Shown here: piece after piece, positions 29,136-39,562 of the stretch | Layout: the number at the start of each line of letters is the position of its first letter | Numbering within the stretch: position 1 is the stretch's first letter | Origin: Myxococcales bacterium | GTDB lineage: Bacteria; Myxococcota_A; Polyangia; Polyangiales; Polyangiaceae | Reading direction: 5' to 3' | Assembly (NCBI GenBank): GCA_043747615.1 | Contig: JAYTOU010000070.1 | Location: forward strand, 1 to 50,565 | Length of the DNA: 50,565 nt | Program-made: the position numbers and the translations under genes | Notes under the pieces: model-generated | What the model saw: only the letters and a program-made list of their open reading frames with translations | Databases searched by the model: none | Told to the model about the DNA's origin: nothing

Positions 29136-30734
29136 ATGAAGACGAAATACGCGCTGCTTGCCTCGCTCCTCTTCGTCGCGTCTGGGTGCGACGACACGAT
29201 AGCCGACACCGAGCACGCGGACGCGGCGCCGGGCGACGCAGCACAAGGCAACGACGGAGGCGGCAGCGCCGATGGTGGGCTCGACGCCGAGTTCACCGAT
29301 GCGCGCGTAGCGGATGCCCCAACCGACAGCCCTGTCTTTCAGGACGCAGCCCCCGCGGACATTACCCCGATGCTCCTGGCCGCGGGATCCGTCACGCTAG
29401 CGGGCATCACCAGCGACGGTTACGTCATCTACCGCACGGCGGCGGGCGTGCTCAGCGCCGTCCTCGATCAGCCCGGTTCGACGCCGACGGTCATCTCGGC
29501 CCAGACGGGAAGCACGAGCGCGGCGATCCGCGGCAAGGTCATTTTCGCGTTCTCGAACGTCAACTACACGACGAACGTCGGAGACCTCACCGTGTGGACC
29601 GCATCGACGGGCCCCCGGTTTGTCGGGCCTGCGCTCATCAACGACGATTCTCTCTCCGCAACCGTAGACGGATCGAGCTTGCTTTACGCAGCGAACGTGA
29701 ATCCGGTGAAGGAGGACATCGTCCTTGCCGCGAGCGATCTGTCGTCTATGCAGACCCTCGTCGGCGGGGCTGGCCGCGGCTCGCTGACGACGTGCGCACC
29801 GAGCTTTGGTTTCGGAGGTGCGCACGCATTCGTTGCGTCGTGCGCCTTGGGAAGCATGGCGGCAACGTTGACCCGTTTCGACCGAGGAACCGGTGGATCC
29901 GTCGACGCGGGGGCCGACGGTGGCGACGCCGGAACGAGCTGGGGAGCCGTCCCCATCGCGACGAACGTGCAGCCGATCTGGTCCGCCGACGCCGCGGGGC
30001 AACGCGTGCTTTACGTGACGAACAGCGGAGAAGGACGGTACGCAGAAGGCGCGGCGACCTACCATTTCGACAGCAGCGTGACCGGCGGCACCTTCCTCGC
30101 CGACGGGTCGGTGATCCTCTACACCGTTGCCGACCAGCTCCGACGCGTGACGATTTCCGCGATAAATCCCATCCCGATCGTGACCAATGGCTATGCGCGC
30201 ACGGCGTGGAGCCCCGACTATTCCTTCGTCCTCTACTCGACGCAGATCGTCTACCCGGCGGCGGGAGAGCGGAGAGATCTTCGTATCGCATCCACGGCCT
30301 CGCTCAACGTCACCCCGGATGTCCTGCTCGCACAACCGAACGGCAACGTGACCCGCTCGGCGTTCACGGCGGACAGCAAGTTCGTTCTCTACCAAACGGA
30401 CCTTGCCGCTGGCGTCGGCACGCTCGACGTCCGAGCAAGCTCCGGTGGCGCCGTGCGAACCATACCGACTGTCGTTTCCGCTCTGGCCGCAAGCGCCAGC
30501 AAGATCGTCTTCGCCGATGCGCGCAGCGACACGAGCCTCTATCCGATCACGGCGAGCGTGAGCGTCCTCGATCTCGCCGGCACGAGTGCACCGCAAGTCC
30601 TTCAAACCAAGGTGCTCGACAGCGGCTCCTTCTACGTGACGCCCAGCGGCGATCACGTGGTCTACGTGCGCTCGGGCGTCGCGGCAGACGCCGGCGCTGG
30701 CCAAGAGGGCCTCTACATCCAAGCCATTCCGTAG
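29136..30734 (+). CDS. large lipoprotein, probable beta-propeller
   Basis: ASGC lipobox, D/A/G-rich linker, repeated (W/F)S/TxDxxxVLY blades. Confidence 0.7.
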   Translation: MKTKYALLASLLFVASGCDDTIADTEHADAAPGDAAQGNDGGGSADGGLDAEFTDARVADAPTDSPVFQDAAPADITPMLLAAGSVTLAGITSDGYVIYRTAAGVLSAVLDQPGSTPTVISAQTGSTSAAIRGKVIFAFSNVNYTTNVGDLTVWTASTGPRFVGPALINDDSLSATVDGSSLLYAANVNPVKEDIVLAASDLSSMQTLVGGAGRGSLTTCAPSFGFGGAHAFVASCALGSMAATLTRFDRGTGGSVDAGADGGDAGTSWGAVPIATNVQPIWSADAAGQRVLYVTNSGEGRYAEGAATYHFDSSVTGGTFLADGSVILYTVADQLRRVTISAINPIPIVTNGYARTAWSPDYSFVLYSTQIVYPAAGERRDLRIASTASLNVTPDVLLAQPNGNVTRSAFTADSKFVLYQTDLAAGVGTLDVRASSGGAVRTIPTVVSALAASASKIVFADARSDTSLYPITASVSVLDLAGTSAPQVLQTKVLDSGSFYVTPSGDHVVYVRSGVAADAGAGQEGLYIQAIP

Positions 30735-30788
30735 ATCGAGAACGCTTCCCCCATTGACTCGCGCGCGCGGCACGCCGACGTTCGCGCG

Positions 30789-31457
30789 ATGGCTACCAAG
30801 AAAGAATCGGCACCGCTCCGTGGCGCGAAGCTCATCAAGAAGGCGCTTGCGTCCGCGGGCGCTGTCATCACGTCCCCTGAGCCCATCCCGTCGGGGCTCG
30901 TCCGGAAGCTGAGGCTGCCCAACGGTGAGCCGCTCTCGCCTGGCATGAAGGAGCTTCTCGCGTTCGACGGGAGCTGGCTTGCGATCGATTACGACGAGGA
31001 TGAGGCCGAGGTCGAGGCAACCTCGCTCGACGAGATCGTCGAAGAGGCCTTCGGCGAAGAAGCCGTCGCAGCCTTCGGCGAAGCGTGCGAGATGCTCAGC
31101 GAGGACTGCGTGGCGTTCGGCGGTGAGCTCTCCCGACCCGCGTGTCTGTACATCGGCGAGACCGACGAAGCGGGCGAGTACCCGGTGATTGTCCTCGCGT
31201 GGGAAAACGGCGTCGCGCGCATCGGCGGCTTCGTGCCGTTCGATGTCTGGGTTGCTCAAGAGCTCGGCGCGCTCGAGCGTGGCAAAGAGCTCGGCGACGT
31301 CCCCGCAGAGTACGAGTCGCTTGCGAAAGCGCTCGCGGAGTCGAACGGCGACGGACGCCTCGTGTTCACGCCGAAAGCCGGCGAGGGCGGCGGCAAGGAC
31401 GACGAAGACGACGAAGACGACGAAGACGAGGAAGAAGACGAGGACGAAAAAAGCTGA
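30789..31457 (+). CDS. acidic hypothetical protein, DUF5066/SUKH-like immunity candidate
   Basis: LPNGEPLSPGMKELLAFDG, LYIGETDEAGEYPV and FDVW motifs (family recalled, not searched); D/E tail encoded by GACGAAGAC repeats at 31398-31447. Confidence 0.55.
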   Translation: MATKKESAPLRGAKLIKKALASAGAVITSPEPIPSGLVRKLRLPNGEPLSPGMKELLAFDGSWLAIDYDEDEAEVEATSLDEIVEEAFGEEAVAAFGEACEMLSEDCVAFGGELSRPACLYIGETDEAGEYPVIVLAWENGVARIGGFVPFDVWVAQELGALERGKELGDVPAEYESLAKALAESNGDGRLVFTPKAGEGGGKDDEDDEDDEDEEEDEDEKS

Positions 31458-31487
31458 GCACCGGTGACGAAGGCTCGGTGGGGCGCG

Positions 31488-33167
31488 CTACCGCGAGGAG
31501 CGCACGAGGAGGCCGCTTGCGAGCCCGCTCGCCGAGCCATCGACCACGACGACGGAGCTTTCCGGCAGGCCCCCGACGATCTCGACGAGATCGTTCCCCA
31601 CGATGCCGACCTGGACGTCTCGCCTCTCGAGCTCCCCGTCCTTGCCCACAACGAACACTGAGCGTTTTGCGTCCTCGCCGATGATCGCCGTGCGCGGCAG
31701 GGTGAGCACGTTCGGCCGGGTCTCGAGGACGACGTCCGCTTTCACCGTCGTTCCGGGTCGAAGCGGCGGACGATCGAGAAGCGCGATCTCGACGAGCACG
31801 GTGTGGACCTTCGCGTCGGCCACGACCACCTCTCCGATGCGGTCCACGGCGCCGCGAATCACGTTCTTGTTCCCGGTGACGGCGACTTGCACCGCGGTTC
31901 CTCGCTTGATGCGACCGACGTCGGCCTCATCGAACTGAGCGTTCACGCGCAGCGCGGTGTCGTCGAGGAGATCGCAGATGGGGGCCGCGGGTGCGACCAG
32001 ATCGCCTGGCTGGATCTTCACGTCGACCACCACGCCGTCGAAGGGCGCCATGATCTGACTCTTCAACACGTCGCTCGCGCGCGCATCCCGCTCCGTCTGC
32101 GCAGCGGCGACGGCTTCGCGTCCACGCTGAGCGGCATCTTGACCGCGCTGGAGCTTCTCGGCTCGCTGCTGAGGGGTCGTGTCGGGGGGGACCGCGCTGT
32201 CCGCATCTGCCTGCGCCTGCTGCGCTGCGCGGGCGCTCCGGTTCTGGGCAAGGACGAGCTTGTTGCGCGCGGCGTTCAGCGCGCCCCGGAAGGTGTCGCC
32301 GGTCGGCTCGGCGACGACGGTGCCCGCCGTCACGCGGTCACCACGACGTACGCTGAGCTTCATCACCGTCGGCACGTCGAGAGACGATCGAACGATGATC
32401 CGATGCTCCGCCACGATTTCTCCGCTGCGCGACGTGATCACTTCTGCAATGGAGCTCCGCACGAGCGACGTCGTCGCGACGCTGAGCGCCCGATCCCGGC
32501 GCGTGAAATACCAACCCGCCGCTGCCACCATCGCCACGAGCAGGACTACCGCCGCGACGTTTGCGAGGAACGATAGGACGAGGCGCGCAGCGTTCCCTCC
32601 TCTGTCGGCGCCGCCCGGCGTCTTTGCCTCCTCGATCAGACGAACCAGCTCCGCCTGCGCCTCGCGCGTCAGAAAGTTGATTCGGAACGCGAAGCACGGC
32701 CGGCGATGGCCCGCGGTTGGCGGATCGATGCGCATGATCTCCGCGTCGAAATCGATCACGCGCGTTTTGCGGCGGAGGGTCACGTGGCACACCATTCCGA
32801 GGCGAAGCGGCGTCTCCTTTCCCGCCGGGCCATCGGCGAGGAGCCCGGTGGTGGTGACGTTCACCGTCCGGCAAACGCACTCCTTACCTCCCGGGGTCGT
32901 GACGATTGCTTGGGTCGCGAACGCGTAGCGATCCACGCTCTTGGATTCCGAGCCGCGCGCCGCCGCGGGTACCTCCGCGATAGCGCCGATCTCTTCGCCG
33001 CTTGCCTGCATCGGGGAATTCGCGACGCGGGTCTGCTCGTCCTCCACCACGATCTTCGTCATCCGGAAGATGGGGATGGCCCCGGTCTCCTCGGTCGGCG
33101 GATCGACGCCGGGAGTTTCCTCTGGGACCGGCGGGACTGGCGGTGCGTTCGAGTCGGACGTCGTCAC
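31488..33167 (-). CDS. PilZ-like domain fused to an efflux membrane fusion protein (periplasmic adaptor)
   Basis: N-terminal DR...NVTTTG PilZ-like barrel, a TM helix, then VRRGDRV, coiled coil, IMAPFDGVV, DEADVGRIKRG, LRPG, VQVG...VEIVGGL. Confidence 0.78.
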   Translation of the reverse strand: MTTSDSNAPPVPPVPEETPGVDPPTEETGAIPIFRMTKIVVEDEQTRVANSPMQASGEEIGAIAEVPAAARGSESKSVDRYAFATQAIVTTPGGKECVCRTVNVTTTGLLADGPAGKETPLRLGMVCHVTLRRKTRVIDFDAEIMRIDPPTAGHRRPCFAFRINFLTREAQAELVRLIEEAKTPGGADRGGNAARLVLSFLANVAAVVLLVAMVAAAGWYFTRRDRALSVATTSLVRSSIAEVITSRSGEIVAEHRIIVRSSLDVPTVMKLSVRRGDRVTAGTVVAEPTGDTFRGALNAARNKLVLAQNRSARAAQQAQADADSAVPPDTTPQQRAEKLQRGQDAAQRGREAVAAAQTERDARASDVLKSQIMAPFDGVVVDVKIQPGDLVAPAAPICDLLDDTALRVNAQFDEADVGRIKRGTAVQVAVTGNKNVIRGAVDRIGEVVVADAKVHTVLVEIALLDRPPLRPGTTVKADVVLETRPNVLTLPRTAIIGEDAKRSVFVVGKDGELERRDVQVGIVGNDLVEIVGGLPESSVVVVDGSASGLASGLLVRSSR

Positions 33168-33310
33168 GTGCGTGAATTATACATTCCCGGCACCCGCCGT
33201 CCCAAATAGCGAAAAAACGCGCCGCACTTTCTTTCAGCTAGGGAAGAAGTTCGGGCCTTGCCCTTCGGAGGATCGCCCGATCCATCGAGGGCGGGTGCGA
33301 TGGTGGCGCC

Positions 33311-33919
33311 CTACTGGCAATAATACTGGTTCGACCCTGGAAGCTCGGTCATCGCCGTGCACGAGCCACCGCCCGTGCTCGAGCAATCGCTAGCAAGAGC
33401 GGGGTCGCAGACGCGGAGTCCCGTGCCGCACGACGTTGCACAGCCGATGGCCGTCACATGCCCTCCGGAAAGTGTCGCGCAACACATCTTGCCGTGACAG
33501 TCGGCCATGTCGTCGCAACGCGCCGTAACGCCGGCGCACGATGTGCCGGTGTTCTGGCAGGCGTAGTTCGCCGGAACGCCGCCATCGGCGAGACCCGAGC
33601 CGCAGCAGACCTGCGAGGTGCAGACGACCGTCGCACAATAAATGTCTGCATCAGACCCAAGCGGGTCGATCACGCTGCCATCGTCGCCCGTGGTGCTGCT
33701 GTCGTCGGTGCTCGCCTCGGCGTTGGTCCACGCGTCGAGACGGCCGGCGTCCCTGCCCCTGCTCGCGTCCCTCTTGCCGGAGTCCACCGCCCCGCCTTCG
33801 TTGTCGTCGCCGGCGTCCCCATCGTTGATGAAGGGCGCGGCTCCGCTGCAAGCCTCGGCCGCTGCGCCGAGTGCGATGAATTGGAAAAAAACAAGGACGA
33901 TTGGAAGTCGAAGGTTCAC
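33311..33919 (-). CDS. Cys-rich secreted/lipoprotein with a DAG-rich linker
   Basis: Signal peptide ending AEAC, 14 Cys in the C-terminal half, AGGAG RBS. Confidence 0.7.
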   Translation of the reverse strand: MNLRLPIVLVFFQFIALGAAAEACSGAAPFINDGDAGDDNEGGAVDSGKRDASRGRDAGRLDAWTNAEASTDDSSTTGDDGSVIDPLGSDADIYCATVVCTSQVCCGSGLADGGVPANYACQNTGTSCAGVTARCDDMADCHGKMCCATLSGGHVTAIGCATSCGTGLRVCDPALASDCSSTGGGSCTAMTELPGSNQYYCQ

Positions 33920-33983
33920 GTTAGCTCCTAGGCTTACCTATACGCAGGCCCGCCCCGGATCTTCCCTCGGCGACATCGCGCAC

Positions 33984-35342
33984 CTACTCGGCCGGGGGCG
34001 GCGCGACGCAAGGCATCGTCGCCGAGGCGCGGGCGGTGACCGCGACATAGACCCGCGCGTACGAGCCATGGGGGTAGGCACCGGTGACCTCGATCTTGTC
34101 GACGTCGCCCTTGAAGCACCCCTGCGGTGCGGCGAAGGTGAGGTCCGACGAGAGCTTCGCGCGCACGGCGTGGAGACGCTCCCCGATGTCCAAACGAAGG
34201 GCGGCCCGGGCTTGATCACGGATCTTCGCTCCGTCGGCCATTGCCTTGAGTGAGAGCAGAAAATTCGAGGTCTCGATCGTCGGCTCGAGGTCGGGGATCC
34301 GAAGTTCGTTGTCGACGACGGCGATGTGACCGCTGAGAAAGAGATCGCCATCCAGGACGGTGTCGATCCCGAATTTGTGAACCGGTCCGGCGATGTGGAG
34401 CTTGAGGACGAGCTGCCCCTGAGACTCGTAGAGCTCCGGATTCTCGAGATAGAGCTCTGGGAACTCGGTCGAGAAATGAAGCTTCCCGTCGGTGAACGCC
34501 ATGGACATGGCGCGCGTCAGCTCCTCGTAGCGCGCGGCGATCGGGATGGTGACCGTGAACGGGCCCGAGGCAACGAGTGGCACGTTGGCGAGGGGCGGCA
34601 GCTTGGCGTCCGCGGTCACGCCTCCGCCGCAGGGGAGCGTCACGGAGGGCGCCACGATGATCGCCAAGTCCTTCTCGATTCCATTGGCGAGGATCGTGGG
34701 ACCGGCCTCGACGCCGAGCACCCTGAGCTCCGCGCAGCCTTTCGTCTCGCCGATCGGAAGCTCGATCGGTTTTGCGATCCGCGCGTAGGCCTCCTCGAGC
34801 GTGGGCCGCAGATCGTACGAGAAATCTTTCAGCTTCGCGTTCACCTGCGCACCGACGGTCTCGAACACGCCCGCGACATGATCGGCGACGATGAGGCGCC
34901 TATCGGTCGAAGTGATCTTCACGTCCGTCGACTGCATGCCCACCTTGTACTCCGGGGTCACCACGGGCTCGGCCAAAACGTGCAGATCCATTGGAAAATC
35001 GAGGCTCCCGACGGGGAGCGCGACGTTCGTGTGAATCCGGGCGTCGATGACGATGCGCCCTTGCGAGAAGCTGAGCTCGAGCGGCGAGCGATCCCAGGTG
35101 TAGTGGCGTTGCGATTTGAGGACCGTGAAGTCTCCGCTCCCTGTTTTGGGAATGACCTCATCCAGCGACGCCCGCAGCGCCGCGGCGCTCATCGACACGT
35201 GGGCGACGATGCGCGATGGGACGGGATCGGCGGCCGGAACGCCGGGGGAAGCACCTGGCCGCGACGGATACACGGCTCCGAATCGCGTGCACGCGATCAT
35301 GAGCGAAAGACCGACGAGTGCTGCGGCGCGAGCGAGGTGCAT
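33984..35342 (-). CDS. DUF4403-like lipoprotein
   Basis: MIAC lipobox; bipartite tubular-domain pattern (YTWDRSPLELSF, VTIPIAARYEEL). Confidence 0.65.
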   Translation of the reverse strand: MHLARAAALVGLSLMIACTRFGAVYPSRPGASPGVPAADPVPSRIVAHVSMSAAALRASLDEVIPKTGSGDFTVLKSQRHYTWDRSPLELSFSQGRIVIDARIHTNVALPVGSLDFPMDLHVLAEPVVTPEYKVGMQSTDVKITSTDRRLIVADHVAGVFETVGAQVNAKLKDFSYDLRPTLEEAYARIAKPIELPIGETKGCAELRVLGVEAGPTILANGIEKDLAIIVAPSVTLPCGGGVTADAKLPPLANVPLVASGPFTVTIPIAARYEELTRAMSMAFTDGKLHFSTEFPELYLENPELYESQGQLVLKLHIAGPVHKFGIDTVLDGDLFLSGHIAVVDNELRIPDLEPTIETSNFLLSLKAMADGAKIRDQARAALRLDIGERLHAVRAKLSSDLTFAAPQGCFKGDVDKIEVTGAYPHGSYARVYVAVTARASATMPCVAPPPAE

Positions 35343-35407
35343 GCCCCCCCTTCTACCACTCTTGGATGTGGTAACCACGGACTGCAAACGTCGGGAAGGA
35401 TCGAACG

Positions 35408-35960
35408 ATGAGCGAAGCGAAAGACACGTTGGAGCACGCGAGCCATGCCGGCCACGGCGGAGGCGGGCCCGCAACGCAGATCGGGATCACGATGGCCGTC
35501 TTGGGCGTGATGCTTTCGAGGACACGGCCGAGATCAAGGATCTGATCGCATCGACGATCGACGACACGGCCGATCTCCTCGCTCCCCACGAAGAAGACGT
35601 GCAGCACTTCGAGAAGCTCTCCCGCCGATTTGCGAACGACGTGAAGGAAGCAAAGGAAGACGCCGTGAAATCGCACGAGCGCGCATCCGAGCTTTACGAG
35701 CGGGCCCAGCTCCTCGCGGAAATCGGAATCGTCGTTGCCTCCGTCGCGCTCCTCATGGCGAACAAAAAGTGTGGGCGGTCTCCGTCATTTCGGGCGCAGT
35801 CGGCCTCGCCACCGTTGGGTACACAACCTGGACCACCCACGAAGGCCTCGCCGCCGCAGAGGCGAAGATCGTCGAAGCGTCGAAGCGTGAAGCCTCGATG
35901 CAAACGGAAGGCGAGGTCGACGAGAAGAAAGGCGCGCCGAACGCAGAGCCAAAGAAGTAG
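35408..35960 (+). pseudogene. DUF4337-like membrane protein broken by two frame changes
   Basis: Three frames: MSEAKDTLEHASHAGH..IGITMAVLGVML / ...AQLLAEIGIVVASVALL / VWAVSVISG. Confidence 0.6.
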
Positions 35961-36560
35961 TCAGCCCACTTTTGGCGCGAACATCGGCCCCGGCATCTTG
36001 AAGACGTCGCGCCCTGCGGCCGGATTGACCAGCATCGCAAAGGCGATCCACAGCGCGATCCCTGCGAGAAGCACAGTGCAGACGGCGACGGGAAGCGCGA
36101 GCTCTTTCATGTGCGTAAGGTGACGCGCGATGCGCAGCGCGTAGAGCAGATCGACGTCGAGAAGGAACGCGAAGAGGAGCTTGCTGAAGAAGCCGAACGC
36201 GTAGGTGAGAACGAGGAACACGACGAGAAAGCAGACGTCGACCGAGAAGACGACGGCCGCGTTGGGGGCCCGCCCCTGCGATAGCTCGCTCAGCGCCCAC
36301 CAGTTCATCACCCAGTTGAACGAGAAGATCGTGAAGAGCGTGCCGCCGAGCATGTTCTTGTTTGCGAGCGCCATCATCCCGGCCAAGAACTGACCGCCGC
36401 CGCCGAAGAGAAGGCAAAACCAGGCCGCCGTGCGGAGCGCATCGGAGGTCACCGCCACACCGAACGCAACGGGAGTGAGAGCCGCGCACCCGATGGCGAG
36501 GCCAAGCAGTCCTAGCGGGGTCGACTCCGCAAAGGGTACGGCGGATTCATTCGCTTGCAT
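35961..36560 (-). CDS. GPR1/FUN34/YaaH (SatP-like) acetate transporter
   Basis: FAESTPLGLLG, FGGGGQFLAG, GGTLFTIFSFNW; about 6 TM helices. Confidence 0.82.
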   Translation of the reverse strand: MQANESAVPFAESTPLGLLGLAIGCAALTPVAFGVAVTSDALRTAAWFCLLFGGGGQFLAGMMALANKNMLGGTLFTIFSFNWVMNWWALSELSQGRAPNAAVVFSVDVCFLVVFLVLTYAFGFFSKLLFAFLLDVDLLYALRIARHLTHMKELALPVAVCTVLLAGIALWIAFAMLVNPAAGRDVFKMPGPMFAPKVG

Positions 36561-36565
36561 GTTTT

Positions 36566-37318
36566 CTAGAGCACCGGAAGGAGGCGGCGTTTGGCAGGAG
36601 GAATGGTGGCAGACGAGAAAACATGCTCGCCGGCGTACCAGCGCGCAATCGCCGTGTCATCCGATAGAGCGATCATGAGCGCGTTGTGGAAATCGAGGTA
36701 GCCCCCTTGAACGCCTCGCCCGGCTGCCCCGGTGTCGAGGCCGCCCAGCACCGCCGAGCACGCCGTGTAGGCCCTGGGATCCGCGTTTCTACCGAGGGCC
36801 GCGCCTTCTTCCAGCCACGCGCGGCAAGGCTCGCTGCTCGCCGAGGTGACCGAGCGACACGCGAGCGGGCGCACCTCGTAGATTCCGCAGCTCCCCTCCT
36901 TGGAGAGGAGCGGGCATCGCACGGGGCCGTCCTCGCTCGGGGCACGCTGGGCCACCACCACGCGCAGCCCGTCGAGGATCGTGCGTCGTTTCTCGTCGCT
37001 CTCGTTCTCGCGGAGCCACGTCGCGAGGTAGACGATCTCGATGCCCGTGGTGGAGACTCGTTGGTGGCAGCAGTAGAAGCAGCCGTCTCCGCAGGCGTTG
37101 GTCTTAGTCTCGTCCTTGAACATCGCCGCGAACTCGATCGCGTTGTCCATCGCTGCGTCGACCTTTGCGCGATCGACGCCGCCGGCAAGCATCTCGTTCA
37201 CCGTTTTGGCCTCCGCCGCGTGGATTTTGGTCCACATCGGTTCGGAGCGATGGGCCTTGACGAGGACGGCGCCCCCTCGGGTCTTCGCCTCCTCGGCGCG
37301 ACGATCCTTCCGGTTCAT
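36566..37318 (-). CDS. YkgJ family cysteine-cluster (Zn/Fe-chelating) protein
   Basis: CGDGCFYCC, CPLL...CGIYEVRPLACR. Confidence 0.85.
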   Translation of the reverse strand: MNRKDRRAEEAKTRGGAVLVKAHRSEPMWTKIHAAEAKTVNEMLAGGVDRAKVDAAMDNAIEFAAMFKDETKTNACGDGCFYCCHQRVSTTGIEIVYLATWLRENESDEKRRTILDGLRVVVAQRAPSEDGPVRCPLLSKEGSCGIYEVRPLACRSVTSASSEPCRAWLEEGAALGRNADPRAYTACSAVLGGLDTGAAGRGVQGGYLDFHNALMIALSDDTAIARWYAGEHVFSSATIPPAKRRLLPVL

Positions 37319-37351
37319 GCACGGCTTTTAGCACGGGTGTAAGATCGGACG

Positions 37352-37504
37352 ATGGTGTTGTTCGCGATCCTGGTCGCCGTGTTGCTGATGGTACCGCTCC
37401 TTACGCGAGCGACCCGGCCGCGTCCCCGCTCGAGCGGCCTCCGCTGGCAAGGCATCGACTGGGAGCGCGTGAAGAAGGACGGGCCGCCGGGGTCGCCCCC
37501 GTGA
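37352..37504 (+). CDS. 50-aa single-pass membrane protein (not in the ORF track)
   Basis: MVLFAILVAVLLMVPLL...WQGIDWERVKK; TAAGAT 6 nt upstream; GTGA overlap with the next gene. Confidence 0.55.
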   Translation: MVLFAILVAVLLMVPLLTRATRPRPRSSGLRWQGIDWERVKKDGPPGSPP

Positions 37505-38172
37505 GTGGGCGCCGGGTGGTGACCCTCTCGGAGGCAGTGAAGGCCGTCAATCGGCGCGGAATTCTCCTCGTGTTTCCTGCGGCGAACCAGGCAGATCCGC
37601 CGTCTATGTGGAGCGAGATTCATCCGCGGAGCCGCATGCGCTGGGAGTGGAACGACGACGGCGACGATCGCGTCGGTGAGTTGTGGCACCTCCGGGCAAA
37701 GCTCGCGCGCTCCGGAAAAGTGATTTATTCAAAGTGGTACCGCGGTCGGGCGACGCTCATGTCGCGCCCCGTTTTCCGGGCGATGCTCCGCGTCGTTCAC
37801 GAGCGTGGAGATCCGGTTGCAAGCCTTAGTGTCGAGGCGCGCCAGCTTCTCGCGCTTCTGGAGGAGAACTCACCGCAATCAACCCGTAGCTTGCGCGCGG
37901 AAGCAGACCTGCAAGGCAAGCCGCTCGAGGCGGTGTACGTGCGCGCCCTGAAGGAGCTCTGGACGCGGCTGCTCATCGTTGGTGCGGGCGAGGTCGACGA
38001 CGGCGCTTTCCCGTCCCTCGCGATAGGCGCGACGAGCGTGCTCTTCGAGGACTTGTGGGCCACGCATGACGAGTCGAACGCCGAGGACGCACGCCTCCTC
38101 GACGCGGCGCTCGCAGGCTCCCCGGCGGTCTTGCGGTTCTTCAACCAGCTGCGCAAACCTGGGAACTTCTAG
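37501..38172 (+). CDS. AlkZ-related winged-helix protein
   Basis: W.LR..LA.SGKVIYSKWYRGRATL...STRSLR...LWTRLLI pattern. Confidence 0.55.
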   Translation: MSGRRVVTLSEAVKAVNRRGILLVFPAANQADPPSMWSEIHPRSRMRWEWNDDGDDRVGELWHLRAKLARSGKVIYSKWYRGRATLMSRPVFRAMLRVVHERGDPVASLSVEARQLLALLEENSPQSTRSLRAEADLQGKPLEAVYVRALKELWTRLLIVGAGEVDDGAFPSLAIGATSVLFEDLWATHDESNAEDARLLDAALAGSPAVLRFFNQLRKPGNF

Positions 38173-39290
38173 GCCACGCGCGCGACCACGCGGTTGCGTC
38201 CGGCGTGCTTGGCGGCGTAGAGGCGCTCGTCGGCAACGTCGAGGAGAGCGGCCCCGGCGCAGCACGCGAGCGACGCGCATCCAACGCTGATCGTCACCGG
38301 GAACTCCTGGTCTGCACTTCGAAACGGCGAGACGCACACCGCTCGCCGCAAACGTTCGCCCACGAGCGACGCGCTCTCGATCGCTTCGCCGCGCAAGAGG
38401 ATCGCGAACTCCTCGCCGCCATAGCGCGCAAGGCAATCCTCCTTTCGCAACGCCGCGGTCAGGCGCTTCGCGAGCTCGATGAGGACGTCATCGCCTGCCC
38501 CATGACCAAGGCTGTCGTTGATGCGCTTAAAGTGATCCACGTCGAGCAGGAGCACGCTGAGCTCCGTGCTGTGCCGCTGCGCGTATGCCCGCTCTGCGAC
38601 GAGCCGCTCGTTGAGGTAGCCGCGGTTGTACAGATTGGTCAGCGCGTCCCGAACGCTCAGCTGGTATAAGCACTGCATATTCTCGGCGAGGCGTCGCTCG
38701 AGGTTCTGTCGCTCACGGTCGTGGATGTAGCCGATGGTGACCGCGACGACGATTCCCATACTCGCGTAGAGGGCCCGGAAAGCCTCAGGGTGAGCGGCTT
38801 CGGGCGTCGGCACGTGGCCCGCGACGAGCAACCCGCCCGCTACGGCGAGAACGAGAGCCGCGCCGACCATGAGCGCGCTTCGCCCGCCGAGGAAGCCCAC
38901 CATGACGATCGGAATCAGCGGAACGAAGACCACTCCTCCGGCGTTCAAACCGCCGCTCTGGGCGAGGGTGATGGGCACCGCCACGATGACCGCGACGCAC
39001 GCGAGGACGTCCGCCAACCGAACGGAGAGGCTGCGCGCGAAGGGCGCGAGCGTGAGGAGAAGCGCGACGAGAGCTGACACGGCGAACGTCGAAGCCAGGC
39101 GCCGTTCGGCGACGCTACGGACGGCGGCGGAGAGGAGGAGCACGCCCGCGCCACTTGCGCAGAAGAGAGTGTGGAGCGTGCTGCGGCGTTGCGCTTCGAG
39201 CTCGGGGAGCGATTTCGCCGTTTTTCCGAGCATCCCGAGCACCGACAGCCGCGCCTGCGCTCCGGAGGTTCGCTCCTGCCGGACTTTCAT
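38169..39290 (-). CDS. membrane-bound diguanylate cyclase
   Basis: About 6 TM helices, DALTNLYNR, DVDHFKRIND, RKED I-site, GGEEF. Confidence 0.92.
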   Translation of the reverse strand: MKVRQERTSGAQARLSVLGMLGKTAKSLPELEAQRRSTLHTLFCASGAGVLLLSAAVRSVAERRLASTFAVSALVALLLTLAPFARSLSVRLADVLACVAVIVAVPITLAQSGGLNAGGVVFVPLIPIVMVGFLGGRSALMVGAALVLAVAGGLLVAGHVPTPEAAHPEAFRALYASMGIVVAVTIGYIHDRERQNLERRLAENMQCLYQLSVRDALTNLYNRGYLNERLVAERAYAQRHSTELSVLLLDVDHFKRINDSLGHGAGDDVLIELAKRLTAALRKEDCLARYGGEEFAILLRGEAIESASLVGERLRRAVCVSPFRSADQEFPVTISVGCASLACCAGAALLDVADERLYAAKHAGRNRVVARVA

Positions 39291-39562
39291 TCCTCCACCT
39301 ACGGTCCATCTGCGCGACGGGATAAGCGCATGCCGCACGAAAAAATTCTTCGGCGCTTCGATTCTTACAACAAGCGCGTCCGCTTCGAGGAGACCGTCAT
39401 CCTTGTCCGCAATCCAAGCCCAGCTCAGAACGCGACCGGCGACGGTAGGTTCTGAATCAGCGACCCGCCGGGCGTCCGTGGATCGGTGCAGATCGTCGGC
39501 GGCGGCTCGTGGGTCCCCGCGCAGACCGAGCTACTCGAGTTTCGTTTGCCGTGGCCTGAGCA

